A stretch of 42,840 nucleotides of DNA. Source: Octopus bimaculoides. Its lineage: Eukaryota. Position numbers and translations under genes: made by a program. Shown piece by piece: positions 23,043 to 35,335 of this stretch. The stretch spans positions 17,971,849 through 18,014,688 of the forward strand of contig NC_068996.1 of the NCBI RefSeq assembly GCF_001194135.2, written 5' to 3'. The notes under the pieces were generated by a model. The model was not told the DNA's origin and ran no database searches. It saw nothing but the letters and a program-made list of their open reading frames with translations. Every line of letters starts with the position of its first letter. Within the stretch, counting starts at the first letter, position 1.

Positions 23043-23195
23043 ATGGCCTAGTGGTTTGGGTGTCGCACTTACATATGCAAGATCATTGGTTCAATTCCCA
23101 GACTGAACAGCACATTGTGTTCTTGAGCAAAACACTTCATTTCATGTTGCTCCAGTCAATTTAGCTGTAAATGTGACTGACTGGCATCCTGTCCA
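23043..23195 (+). mobile_element. Second tRNA-headed CORE-like SINE fragment
   Basis: A-box TGGCCTAGTGG, B-box GGTTCAATTCC, then TTGTGTTCTTGAGCAAAACACTTC. Confidence 0.6.
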
Positions 23196-23794
23196 CATTT
23201 TCAGATATACATTTGAATAATAACAAAAAAAGGAAAAAAAAAACATTACTAAATGGTCCTACTCCTCCTTATGTAAAATTAATAATGATTTAATTTAATG
23301 TTTTAATGAACCTTATCTATTTCATATTGAGGAGATCCAATGAGATTGAAATAGCTATACACAAATGTGAAGGACTTCATGATCAAAATTAAAAGAAAAT
23401 TTAATCAAATAAATGTACCCCAACATGGCTGCAGTCCAATGATTGAAATAAATAAAAGATGAAGATATTATTATTCCTTTCACTTATGGAGGGTAACAAA
23501 AAACCTGGCAGGATAATTCTCTCTCCTCCTGTGGAACAACCAATCGACTGAAAGATTACATTGTTATGAAACTTATGGTTGCATATGTAGATATGTGATA
23601 GATGAATGTTGGAACTTGTACATATGAAAATGTTGGGCAAACACATCACTGGAGATGGCTAGAGCTAAACTTCCTTTATCAAACAATTGACTGCTGCTTG
23701 TGATGTAATAATGGTCAGAATTGCAAGACAAGAGACAACATTGATTATATATTCGAAAAAATAAAAAGAAAGTCAGAGAGTAAATTCTCAGGCA

Positions 23795-23947
23795 CAAGTG
23801 TGGCTATGTGGTAAGAAGCTTCCCAACCACATAGTTCCAGGTTCAGTCCCACTGTATGGCACCTTGGGCAAGTGTCTTCTACTATAGTCTCAGGCTGACC
23901 AAAGCCTTGAAAGTGGATTTGGTTGATGGGAACTGAAAGAAGCCTGT

Positions 23948-23990
<43 letters not shown>
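23795..23990 (+). mobile_element. CORE-type SINE 5' half running into (TG)n and a gap
   Basis: GTGGCTATGTGGTAAG...CCTTGGGCAAGTGTCTTC...CTGAAAGAAGCC. Confidence 0.85.
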
Positions 23991-24362
23991 NNNNNNNNNN
24001 NNNNNNNNNNNNNNNNNNNNNNNNNNNNNNNNNNNNNNNNNNNNNNNNNNNNNNNNNNNNNNNNNNNNNNNNNNNNNNNNNNNNNNNNNNNNNNNNNNNN
24101 NNNNNNNNNNNNNNNNNNNNNNNNNNNNNNNNNNNNNNNNNNNNNNNNNNNNNNNNNNNNNNNNNNNNNNNNNNNNNNNNNNNNNNNNNNNNNNNNNNNN
24201 NNNNNNNNNNNNNNNNNNNNNNNNNNNNNNNNNNNNNNNNNNNNNNNNNNNNNNNNNNNNNNNNNNNNNNNNNNNNNNNNNNNNNNNNNNNNNNNNNNNN
24301 NNNNNNNNNNNNNNNNNNNNNNNNNNNNNNNNNNNNNNNNNNNNNNNNNNNNNNNNNNNNNN

Positions 24363-25030
24363 GAGGATAAAAAAGGTAAAAAAGAATTAAGAGAAGGTGA
24401 AAGGATGAAAGGAAAAATGTTCATTCATACCTGTCAGGGACACAATGCCAAGATCAAATATGAGATGTTGCTTCTTTTGTTTCCTAGAGAAGGTGGGGTC
24501 TGTGGTTAAGGCCATTCCACACACTGATAAATCTGCAATAGAATGATTCACAGTGTTGAAGTGGGTGGTGAGTGGTTCGCCTGGCATATGTAACATTATG
24601 CTTTTGATGTGTTCGCAAAAGCAACCCCCAAGGTGTCACCCTGTTTCTCCAATGTAAAGAACACCACAGAGTTTTCATATGATGCAATATATGAGATTCA
24701 CCAAAGTTCAACAGAAGTGGTGTGTTATGTGATATTGCTTCTTGGGCTCCGTGATGGTGGGAGTATTGTTGATGTATGGGCATGTGTTACATTATCGGTA
24801 AGAACATTCAAAGATTCTTGGTTGTGTGGAGCTGGGAGCTGTGAATCTTCTAACAAGGAGATTTCTAAGACTCCTATCTGTTTTAAAAGACAGGTGAGAT
24901 GGTGTGGGAAAGATAGGAGTGATTGTTGGGTCAGAAGGAAGAATGCAAAAATTGTGAGTGAGTTTGTATTTTAGAGGGAGGGTGGATGGGTGGTAGGTTA
25001 ATGAGAGTGGAATATGATATGTGAAAGTGC
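24363..25030 (-). mobile_element. Penelope-like element 3' portion: thumb/linker plus C-terminal GIY-YIG endonuclease (pseudogene)
   Basis: PLSLTYHP...SFKTDRSLRNLLVR...CNTCPYI...NLIYCI..LCGVLYIGETG...EH...HFN...H...LIFDLG...GMN, with stops. Confidence 0.9.
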
Positions 25031-25042
25031 ATGAAGACGATA

Positions 25043-25700
25043 GGAGCCCAAGAAGCAATATCACATAACACACCACTTCTGTTGAACTTTGGTGAATCTC
25101 ATATATTGCATCATATGCAAACTCTGTGGTGCTCTTTACATTGGAGAAACAGGGTGACACCTTGGGGATTGCTTTTGCGAACACATCAAAAGCATAATGT
25201 TACGTGTGCCAGGCGAACCACTCACCACCCACTTCAACACTGCGAATCATTCTATTGCAGATTTATCAGTGTGTGAAATGGCCTTGCACCACAGACCCCC
25301 ACCTTCTCTAGAAAACGAAAGGGGCAACGTCTCATATTTGATCTTGGCACTGTGTCCCTGACAGGTATGAATGAACATTTTTCCTTTCATCCTTTCACCT
25401 TCTCTTAATTCTTTTTTACCTTTTTTATCCTCCTTCCACCCTCTCTCTCTGCCACATTCCCACATTTACTTACCTCTACTTTCCTATCACCCTTTTTCTT
25501 CCTTCTTTCTGTAAGCCCTCTCTTATAACTCCTGCTTCACATTTGCAGCCCATGTTATTCTGCATCCATTATCAGTTGCAGCCAGTTTTTCAAGCTGAGA
25601 GAATGTAAAACTCTGTTTGTCTTTCTTCAACTTCCCTTCTTTCTCTACCTCCAGACGAAGGACTGCATCCCAAATGATGGATATTCTATTCCTCATGGCA
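25043..25700 (+). mobile_element. Inverted second copy of the PLE endonuclease 3' end plus 3' tail
   Basis: 25043-25432 is the reverse complement of 24363-24750 with scattered substitutions; decayed hammerhead-like motif at 25649-25682. Confidence 0.85.
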
Positions 25701-25744
25701 AGTTTACTGTACCACTTTCACTTCTCTCTATATGTATATATCTA

Positions 25745-25950
25745 TGTGTGTTGTTATGTCTGTGTTTGTCTTCCATCATTGCTTGACAACCAGTGTTGGT
25801 GTGTTTCGCAAAGAGACTGATAGACTAAGCACTAGGGTTAAAAATAAGTCCTGGGGTTGAACTGTTTAACAAAAACACTTCATGGTGGTGCTCCAGGATG
25901 GCCACAGTCAAATGACTAAAACAAGTAAAAAAATAAAAGAATAAAAGAAT
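25745..25950 (+). mobile_element. CORE-type SINE 3' half
   Basis: CATTGCTTGACAACC...GGTGCTCCAGGATGGCCACAGTCAAATGACTAAAACAAGTAAAA. Confidence 0.75.
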
Positions 25951-27054
25951 TTCTCAGAAAATATTTGGCAATTAGATTTGTTAGGAAAAAATGATGTGAA
26001 TAATAAAACAAAGAGTTATTTTCTGTTTGAAGTTATTCATTAAAATAAAATGTCATCTGTTTAGAAATTCTCAGACTTAAGAAGCATATTTACAATTAAT
26101 AATCCATAAATACATCAATATCATGTTAAGATAGAGAGAAAATTGTAGTAGATGGCAATATATTTGCCTATTGTAGCATTTTCAAATAGTTACATATAAT
26201 GACCTTTTAAAAGATTTTACAGAAGAAAATAAAACAGTATGATGCCAATAATCTAACTTTATATTAAATGGTTCCATTGAATTTTATAAGTATGTTCTTG
26301 AAATGGATCCTTAATTACTGCATTGTTCTACTCTCAGAATACACAACTGCATGCACCTAAAACCAAATATGTACTTAGGTACTATTCATTGCTTCTTTAA
26401 TTCTTTGCCTGTATACTGTCTAACTCTTCTATTTGTTATGGTAAAACAGTAAATTCTGAGAAAACTAAATATGGTTGTAAAGTGGAATACATCTCCTCTC
26501 TTCCTCATGCACTATGCCTACGTTTCTCTTCCCCCTCCATTCCTGCTACATACTCAACCATATGTCATCTCTCCCCACCTCCCTTTCTTTTATCTTTCTC
26601 CTGTCTACTGCTTCATCATTATTATTCTGCTGTTCCACATTGTCAATCATTTCCTAATCCTCCTCTTTCTTCCCTGACTCATGCACTATTTGTCATCTAC
26701 CATTCAAGACAACTGCCCTTCAACCCTGCACAGGCTTTACAATGGTCACCTACCTCCCCTCCCTTTACCCATTCCTCACCTCCCCATGCTCTCTTGCAAC
26801 CTCTACCCACCTAAACTCTTTGTTCCCCTGTCCCCACTCACTTTTTCCCATCTCTTGCACCTTGAGGGTTCACCCTGACACCTCATCTCCATTATTTTTT
26901 TCATCCTTTTCCAGCTCCACTCAGTCATTTCCATCCTCTTAATATGAGAAACTGGTTCTGCTCTGGTCCTTTATTTCAAAAACTAACCCCTCATCTTGTA
27001 ACATAAAGCTGTTTCCTTAGGATTTGTAGTCATACAAATCTCATGGACATCCCA

Positions 27055-27242
27055 TTAGTACTGGTGTCATGAAAAAGTACCCAGTCCATTCTGTAAAGTG
27101 GTTAGCATTAGGAAGGGCATCCAGCCACAAGCAACCATGCCAAAGCAGATATTAGAATACACTGCAGTCTTTGAACTCTGGATCCTGTGAATCCATCCGA
27201 CCCATGACAGTATGGAACACAGATGCTAAATTATGATGATAA
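27055..27242 (+). mobile_element. RTE-tail fragment
   Basis: TTAGGAAGGGCATCCAGCC...ATGATGAT. Confidence 0.7.
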
Positions 27243-27781
27243 GGTACACATCATATGTATGCACATATTCATATGTGTAATACATATATACATATACACA
27301 CATAAACACACATGCACACAAATATATGTATATGTAAATATGTGAATGCATGCATGTCTCTATGTTGTATTTGTCCCTTCCACCCACCACTTGACAACTA
27401 GTGGTGGTTTGTTTATATCATCATAACTTAGCTGGTCAACAAGAGAAACTTAGAGCAATAGAGTAAGTACCAGACTTGAAAAATAAGTGCTGGAGTCCAT
27501 GCACCAACATGGCTGAAATCCAGTGACTGAAACTTGTAACAGAGTAAAAGATGTAATCATTCTGCCAATGGTCAATAATATTTAAAACTGAAACATAGTG
27601 GAGAGAGGAGGAGGTGTTTTTTTCAAGTATTTTAAGTATTTCAAAGCAAAAGAATAAATTTAATGCATCAGAGAGAAGAGATTCCCTAAGTTTCGGTTAG
27701 AAGAACTTCATCAGACAAAGGGAGAGATGATTTGTTTACTGGTTTTAGTGGAATTGAATAAATTAATTGGAAAGTGGAGAG

Positions 27782-27960
27782 GATGAGGGAAGAGGAGGAG
27801 ATGAGGGAAGAGGAGGAGATGAGGGAAGAGGAGGAGATGAGGGAAGAGGAGATGAGGGAAGAAGAGGAGATGAGGGAAGAAGAGGAGATGAGGGAAGAGG
27901 AGGATATGAGGGAAGAAGAGGAGATGAGGGAGGAGGAGGAGATGAGGGAAGAGGAGGGAG
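27782..27960. repeat. Purine-rich 18-bp minisatellite (GATGAGGGAAGAGGAGGA)~10
   Basis: Direct reading; explains the ORFs at 27763-28052. Confidence 0.95.
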
Positions 27961-28409
27961 GGGAGGAAAAAGGAACAAACAGTGGATGTATAGTTGAAAG
28001 TGTGAATGGAGGAGAGAGGTACCTGTCAGAGTGGAGAGAAAAATTAAAATAAATCTATTGTTTTTTATATTTTCTCTACTATGATCCCACTCTCCCCATC
28101 ACCCATCCACTACTATCACTACCACCACTGCTGCCACTGACTCTTGTCCCTCTCCTTCCACTGACACCTGTTAACTCTCCCTCCTTCTCTTTCTTTGCTT
28201 ACCCTTTCTTTCACCCCCACCTCCAAATATTTATCCTTCAACTTCATTTGAAATTCTTATCTCTTCTCTCAACAATCTGACCTGCCTGCAAATTTTAGAC
28301 TCTTCCTCAAAGCATAAAATTTATTCCGTTATTTCAATTAATTCCACTTCCTATTTGTCATCAGATTCTACTATTATAGAAATATATTAAATCATGCATA
28401 GTTGCTTTT

Positions 28410-31015
28410 AAATACAAAGACCCTCCCTCGTGAAGAATCGACCCCCCCAGCATAGACCAGTTATTAGTGACTTTAGACTCGAGGCCAGAATGATACCAAA
28501 AAGCAGACAAATCAGGAAAAGAGGGACTTGGAAGCTTAAGAACCCTTTACATGGTCAGAGATTTAAGGATATCCTTACCGAGAAATTTGATGAATTCCTG
28601 TGAAATAGCTTGCTGAGCACCACAGACCAAATCTGTGGCTGAGGCAAAGTCTCTTCAAGACCTAGGGTAATGTGGTGGTGGAACAATACTGTAGACAGGG
28701 CCATTAGAACAAAAAAAACAGACCTGGAAGGTCTGGAAGAGTTGGGGTAGCCAGGAACTGTATCGATAGCCGGAAGGGAGTAGCAGAAAAGAAGTTATGC
28801 TCAACAACATAAGAACCAAAGAACTGAAGTATTTCAGATTGCAAGACAGTGTGTGAGAGAAAATCATGATGTCATAGGAGAGAAATGTGTCTGCATGGAT
28901 GATAGCGCACTTTCTTTTAATGATTCTGCAAAGAAAGAGACTTGGAGATGCCATTATAAAAGACTGCTGAATGTGGAGAATGAATGGAAGGAGGAGAGTT
29001 TGCCAAAAGTTAACCCAATTGTGGGACCAGCGACCCGAATCAACGGTACCCTGGTAGATAAAGCATTTAAGGATATAAGGACAGGAAAAGCTCCTGGCCT
29101 ATCAGGAATCACAGCTGAGATGCTTAAAATATTGGGCAGTGTGGTTTATGGTCTAGTCACCCACATCATAAATCAGGTGTTCATGAAGGAGTCGCACCAA
29201 ATGACTAGTGTGAGAGCACCATAGTCAACTGCTATAAAGGTGATGCTTTAGATAGAAATAACTACAAGGGTATCAAATTATTGGATCAGGTGATGAAAGG
29301 TATAAACTTCTGTACTTGGCTTTTGTTGACTTGGAAAAAGCTTTTGACAAGGTCTCCCATTCCCTTATCTTGTGGTCAATGCAGAAACTAGGGATAGATG
29401 ACTGGTTGATAAGAGCAGTACAAACTCTGTACAGGGATGTTGCCAGTAAGGTGAGGGTTGGTAACAAGTATAGCGAAGAATTCCGGGTAGAAGTAGGGGT
29501 TCACCAATGATCAGTCCTCAGCTCCCTTATTCATCATAGTTCTCCAAGCAATAACAGGGGAATTTAAGACAGGCTGCCCCTGGGAGTTCCTCTATGCTGA
29601 TGACCTTGCTCCAAAAGCCGTGCCACTACCAGAACTAGAGACAAAGTTTAGGGTATGGAAACAAGGTCTAGAATCGAAGGGCCTTAGAGTCAACCTAGCA
29701 AAAACCAAAATCCTAGTAAGTAGGAAGGCAGACAAATCACAAACCCCCTTAGGTAGATGGCCCTGCTCAATCTGTAGAAAAGGGCATGGGTAGAAACACT
29801 ATAAGGTATACTCGGTGTAAGTTATGGACACAAGAGATGCAGCAATATCAAAGGAAGGCTAACTGGGAAGATAGTTTTTGTGTGTGGCAAATGCTCAGGA
29901 GCAATAAACACCAAAGGTGTACAAAAAACAGATTCCATCAAATGCTAGGGGGAAAAAACTAGAAGTAGTTGATAGCTTCTGCTACCTAGGCAACCAAGTC
30001 TGTAGTGGGAGTGGATGCTCTGAAAGCATAGATGCTAGAATAAGAATAACCTGGGTGAAATTCAGAAAGCTCCAGCCTCTGCTAGCAACTAAGATCCTCT
30101 TGCTCAGGGTGAAATGTAGACTGTAGGATGCATGTGTGCAAATTGCCATGCTACATGACAGTGAAAAATGGGCTGTGACTCTTGAGGACAAGTGTAGACT
30201 TGAAAGAAATGAAGCTAGTATGCTCTGCTGGATGTGCAATGTCAGTGTGCATACATGACAGAGTGTAAGCACTCTGAGAGAAAAATTGTACTTAAGAAGC
30301 ATCAGATGTGGCATGCAAGAGAGATAATTGCACTGGTATGGTCATGTATTATGTATGGATGAGGACAGCTGTGTGAGGAAGTGCCACACTCTAACAGTGG
30401 AAGGAACCTGTGGAAGAGGTAGATCCAGGAAGACATGGGATGAGGTGGTGAAGCATGACCTTCGAATGTCGGGCTTCACAGAGGCAATGAAAAGAGACCG
30501 AGACCTTTGGAGATATGCTGTGATTGAAAAGACCCAGCAATTAAAGTGAGATCATAGCCATGGCAGATGCCAGTGTTGCATAATTGGCCATCTTAAAAGT
30601 ACCCTTGAAGTATTGAGTGATATGATATGCTTGAGAAGACCTGTCAAGTCAAGTAAAATTGAAATCGTAGCCATGGACAGTGCCACCTTGACTGGCTCCC
30701 ATGCTCGTGGCACATAAAATGCACCATCCAAATGTGGTCGATGCCAGTGCCCCCTGACCAGTTCCTGTGCCGGTGGCACATAAAAAACACCATCCGAACA
30801 TGGTAGATGCCAGTGCTCTCTGACCAGCTCTTGTGCCGGTGGCACATAAAAAGCACCCATTACACTCTCAGAGTGGTTGGCGTTAGGAAGGGCATCCAGC
30901 TGTAGAAACATTGTCAGATCAGATTGGAGCCTGGTGCAGCCGACTAACTTGCCAGACCTCAGTCAAACCGTCCAACCTATGCCAGCATGGAAAGCGGATA
31001 TTAAACAATGATGAT
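28410..31015 (+). mobile_element. 5'-truncated RTE-clade LINE: decayed RT, C-terminus and 3' tail
   Basis: GKAPGLSGITAEMLK, AFVDLEKAFDKV, GVHQ*SVLS, FLYADDL, EVVDSFCYLG, HWYGHV; tail ends in ATGATGAT. Confidence 0.95.
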
Positions 31016-31294
31016 GTTCCTGGTTAAGAACTTTACTTTGCAACCTCATGATTTCTGTTTATTTCCATTGAACGGCAGCTTACATGAGTGCCATCGACTA
31101 TAGTCCCAGACTGACCAATGCCATGCAAAGGAATTTGATAGATGGAAATTTCAGGAAGTGTGTATATGTATACATACACACACACACATATATATACTCA
31201 TATATACATACACACACATGTGTGCATGTGCACACGTGCACACACACACACACGCACACACATTCAACTTACCATATGAACAGATATCATACGA

Positions 31295-34200
31295 CACTGG
31301 TCAACAATTTTTGAAAAGTTGTGTGCTTCTTAAATGAGATTAATTAATTCATATGTATTTTCATGACCTGAGTCCAAATATCACATTGAAAAATGCTTAT
31401 TATCTACAGGCTGAAAGAGACACAGCATGTAATATTTGATTATTTTATTATAACATACTATATGTCATTATGTTTTAAGCTCTAGTCTGTATCAACGCCC
31501 TTCCTTTCTGCTTGACACTTACAGTGGGCTGAAGAATCATCTCTTGCCAATGTCCAGCAATAGTCTGCAAGTATTATTGTGCTCCATTTGCCCTGGTACA
31601 GCTTTTCTATGGTTGAAATATCTTGGTGAAACCTTTCCCCATGTTCATCACTAACTGCCCCACAGTTCGTTGGAAAAAAGTCTAAATGTGAATCCAAAAG
31701 TGGATTTTAAGTGACATGTTACATCTTGTAAGCCTTTTAATGACATGTTACAACCCATGTTCTTGTAAGCCTTGATGAGCTTTTCCACCTATTCTTCATA
31801 GTTTCCTTCCCTTCTGTTTCTGGGAAATCCCTTCACCACTAACTTGAATGCTTCCCAAGCAACTTTCTCCTCCCTATGAAGGGCTGATTCAAAGTCACCA
31901 CCTTTAAGACGCTCTCGAATCTGAAGACCAATGAAAACTCCCTCTTTCATCTTAGCATTACTCAGTGAGGGAAATTTTGATGTTAAACACTTGAATCCCT
32001 GACTGAATTTGTCCATAGCTCTTATAATGTTTTTCACGAGCCCCAGTTTTATGTGTAGTGGTGGTAGCAAAATTTTGTTTGGTTCAGTGAGAGGTAAATG
32101 TTGAACATTTTTCATCCCAGGCTCCAATGATTGACAAGGTGGTCAGTCTCTCCTGATATAGAGGGAACCTTTTGCATGGCTGTCCCATTTACACAGAAAG
32201 TAGCAGTATTTGGTGTATCCACCCTGCAAGCCCATCACAAGAGCAACAACCTTTAAGACACTATAGTGCTGCAACATATGATTTATATTCTCATAAGTTC
32301 CTTTCATATGTGGTGCATAGCCCAGAGGAACTGATGGTTTGCTATTGCCATTATGCAGCAAGATACCTTTTAGACTAAGTTTTGATGAATCTATGAACAG
32401 TCTCCGGTGACTGTGTATGTATTCAATACCAAGTGCTTTCATCAGACCATTAATATTGTTGCAGGTCACTAAATCACCTTCCATTATGAAGAAATTGCTG
32501 AACTGCTACTGACGGCTATGAAATTTTGAAATTTTCATATCAGCTGCTAGGATTTTTCCACTGTTGAAGATGAGATGTAGTCTAGAGGAATGTGCTTCAT
32601 CAAAATTTGGGTCACTCTGTAATCCAGCACTGTCATCCTTCTCTGCTTCCTCCTCATCACTTTCGTCATCTGACTTGAAAGATACCAAAGTTGGTGCATC
32701 AGGAACAGGTGGACCTTCTCCATGTGGAACTGGGTGAATAACTGATGGAATGTTTGGATATTCAGTAGACCTGTAGAGAACGACCGTGCAAACCAAAGGA
32801 GATGGCGACGAATGGAAGAAGCTCCTTTTAACGTGGCGCACAGTCAACACAAAACATGTAATATGACATAGGTGGGCTCGCATGTGAGATGCAAGCAAGT
32901 GCCAGCAAGGAAAGAGTGAGAGAGACAACCGTTAGAGATATATATAGAGTAAGTTTATTAGAGTAGTCAACTGTGTACCTGTGTGTGCATGCAGCAATAT
33001 AAGTAATACAATATGTATGACGGACCGTTGTGTGAACAAGAGTGTTTAACATAATATGTGTGTGTGTGTATGAGAAATACAGAGAATGGAATAAGTTTCT
33101 GTGACATAGACTATAAGAGTCCTGAACACAAAGATAAGAAAGTTCTAGAAGAGTTACACAGTAGGTAGAATGTCTGTATACAAGAGGTTGTGGCCGAATA
33201 GCAGAACTGAGGTGTCACATGTTGTGTGTGAAGTTGAGCGTCGATACTGTGACCAGTTAGTTGGTACAGAAGATTCTCGCAGGTTGTTCTGGCTGTTATT
33301 TTCGAGGTGGAAACAATCCACAAAAACAGTGCTGAGACGGAACTGCGGTTGTTGTTGGTAGCATGTACTCTGGTGGTGGTGTTGGCACTGGCCACGGGAC
33401 AGTAGTAGACAGTAGATCGGTGGTGTTGACTTCGTCGCTGGAAACTGGCTGGAGCTGTGTTCTGTGAGATGGTCAACGACCAGACCTGTAATAGGTCTGA
33501 ATCGAAGACAAACTGGCGTGGATAAAGCAAGACTATTTATAGATAAAAAAGGGGCTCAAGAAACAGCAGAAAAAGCACTCTCTCACATGACCTTAACAGA
33601 AGGCCATGATTGGTCGGCATGCACCCTGGCACGAAACAGAACTGGAGACAAATGCCGCATAAATAAGAGCCAATCATGGTGATGGACACAACAGGGTCCA
33701 AGCGGCCAAAAGCTAGATGTTAGCCGCCACGTTATCATTTGTAAATAAATACCCGAGAGAGAGGTTTCGCTACAGACCCTTTTTTATTCTTTGACAAGCC
33801 TTTTTTACTGGAGGTACCATGCAGAAATAACAATTGTTGGAATGGTTTGTTGGCTCCTGCTACATCATTGGCACAGCAAAAGGCATTTCTTTCCTCTTCC
33901 TGTTTAACCATTATTGAAGGTTAGGAGCACAAATATGGCAGCATATGTGAGGAGCCCACTTCTTATCCTGGTCACCAATCTTGCATTCAAAATATAGGTG
34001 ATGTGCCTTTCTAACCATAACAGTTATACAGTGCTTCTGCGATGCAAAAGTCACCTCATCACAAATGTAGAAGTTGTTTGCCTTATTTACACAAGTGCAA
34101 GGCACCTGAAAGAAGAAAACAACAAACAATTAGAGATAAAGAGAAAATTCATTCATAAATTTATCATTATAATACAGAGTTTGGTAGAAGTATTTATATC

Positions 34201-34530
34201 ATTCAGTAGGAAAATAAAATTAATATAAAATGCCTCCTAAGCATATCAATAGCTTGCTCAATGAATTTTTATTATATGTCTATAAAGTGTTTGACTAGGA
34301 AAATCCCCTACCTTTCATCTCAGTATATAAACTTACACAGCACAATCACCTCCTATGACAACTGGAACAGTGGTAAGAAACACACTGCTGCAAGCCTGTT
34401 GTGATATGTACATGTATCTTGAAAAGTAGTGCTAACAAACAGTTTTAACCATGATATTCCTCATCAGCAACCTAAAATTAGTTGGAAATTGCTACTCTGG
34501 TCTCAGAAGCATTTTGGTTGTTGACCAGTG
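31295..34530 (-). mobile_element. Chapaev3-like (CMC) DNA transposon, decayed transposase
   Basis: 13-bp TIR CACTGGTCAACAA at both ends. N-terminal C..N..FYIC...GDQDKKWAPH.CC zinc finger; LFIDSSKLSLK..LLHNGN, LLPPLHIKLG and HLDFFP..GAVSDEHGERFHQDI. Family name assigned from recalled motifs and CAC...GTG termini. Confidence 0.85.
32772..33774 (-). mobile_element. Solo LTR (probably Gypsy-type) with 4-bp TSD GACC
   Basis: Termini TGTAGAGAAC...GTTTCGCTACA; GACC at 32768-32771 and 33775-33778. Minus-strand TATAAATA at 33534-33541 and AATAAA near 32955. Confidence 0.9.
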
Positions 34531-34699
34531 TAATTCGTATAATTTTTTACTCTTTCTTCAGCTTCTCAATTCTTTATTCCTTTTCTTTTGATAAGGGGTA
34601 TCACCCTATAACTCAGATTAACTTCTGTTTCTTCCTTCAACATATGAAGATTCATTGCTTACACTCTGTCATGTATGCACACTGACATTACACATCCAG

Positions 34700-35335
34700 C
34701 AGATCATACTAGCTTAATTTCTTTCAAGCCTACACATGTCCTCAGCAGCCATGGCCCATGTTTCACTGTGATGTAGCATGGCTGTTCGCACACACACATC
34801 ATACAGTCTACATTTCACTCTGAGCGAGAGGCCCTTTGTTATCAGCAGAGGTAGGAGTTCTCCGAACTTTGCCCAGACTATTCTTATTCTAGTTGCTATG
34901 CTCTCAGAGCAAACACCCCTTCTACTGACTTGGTCACGTACGTAACAGAAGCTATCAACTACTTCTAGATTTTCCCCCCACCATGTGATGGAATCTGTTT
35001 TCTGCACATTTTCAGTGTTTATTGCTCCTGAGCATTTGCCACACACAAAAACTATCTTCTGAGTTAACCTCCCTTTGATATTACTGCACCTCTTAATGTA
35101 TTCATAGCTTACACTGGGTGCATCTTAGTGAGTTTCTACCTATGCCTTTTCTACAGAATGAACAGGGCCATCTACCTGAAGGGATTTGTGATTTGTCTGC
35201 CTTCCTGCTTACTAAAACTTTTCGCTTTTGCTAGATTGACTCTAAAGTCATTCGATTCTAAACCTTGCTTCTGCAACTGAAACTTCTCCTCTAGTTCTGG
35301 TAGTGACTCAGCTATTAGAGCAAGGTCCCAGGGGC
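34700..35335 (-). mobile_element. RTE RT C-terminal fragment
   Basis: LEVVDSFCYV, SLRVKCRLYDVCVRTAMLH and PWDLALIAESLPELE; same family as 28410-31015. Confidence 0.9.

Noticed and set aside
23400-23800. Possible small exons on either strand
   Set aside because: Several alternative short frames with weak donors; no way to choose without expression data.
20373-24509. Long ORFs 20373-21002, 20413-20988 and 23882-24509
   Set aside because: They read through N gaps and microsatellites; the X residues are unknown sequence.
26460-27000. Pyrimidine-rich block with Pro/Ser/Leu ORFs (also 28080-28330, 39280-39640, 40800-41180)
   Set aside because: Low-complexity sequence, probably decayed TE UTRs; no diagnostic motif.
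27763-28052. Glu-rich, Pro/Ser-rich and RGG-like ORFs
   Set aside because: Products of the purine minisatellite; no splice or start context.
33111-33682. 139-aa, 63-aa and 72-aa ORFs within the LTR
   Set aside because: No recognisable motifs; expected by chance in GC-richer LTR sequence.
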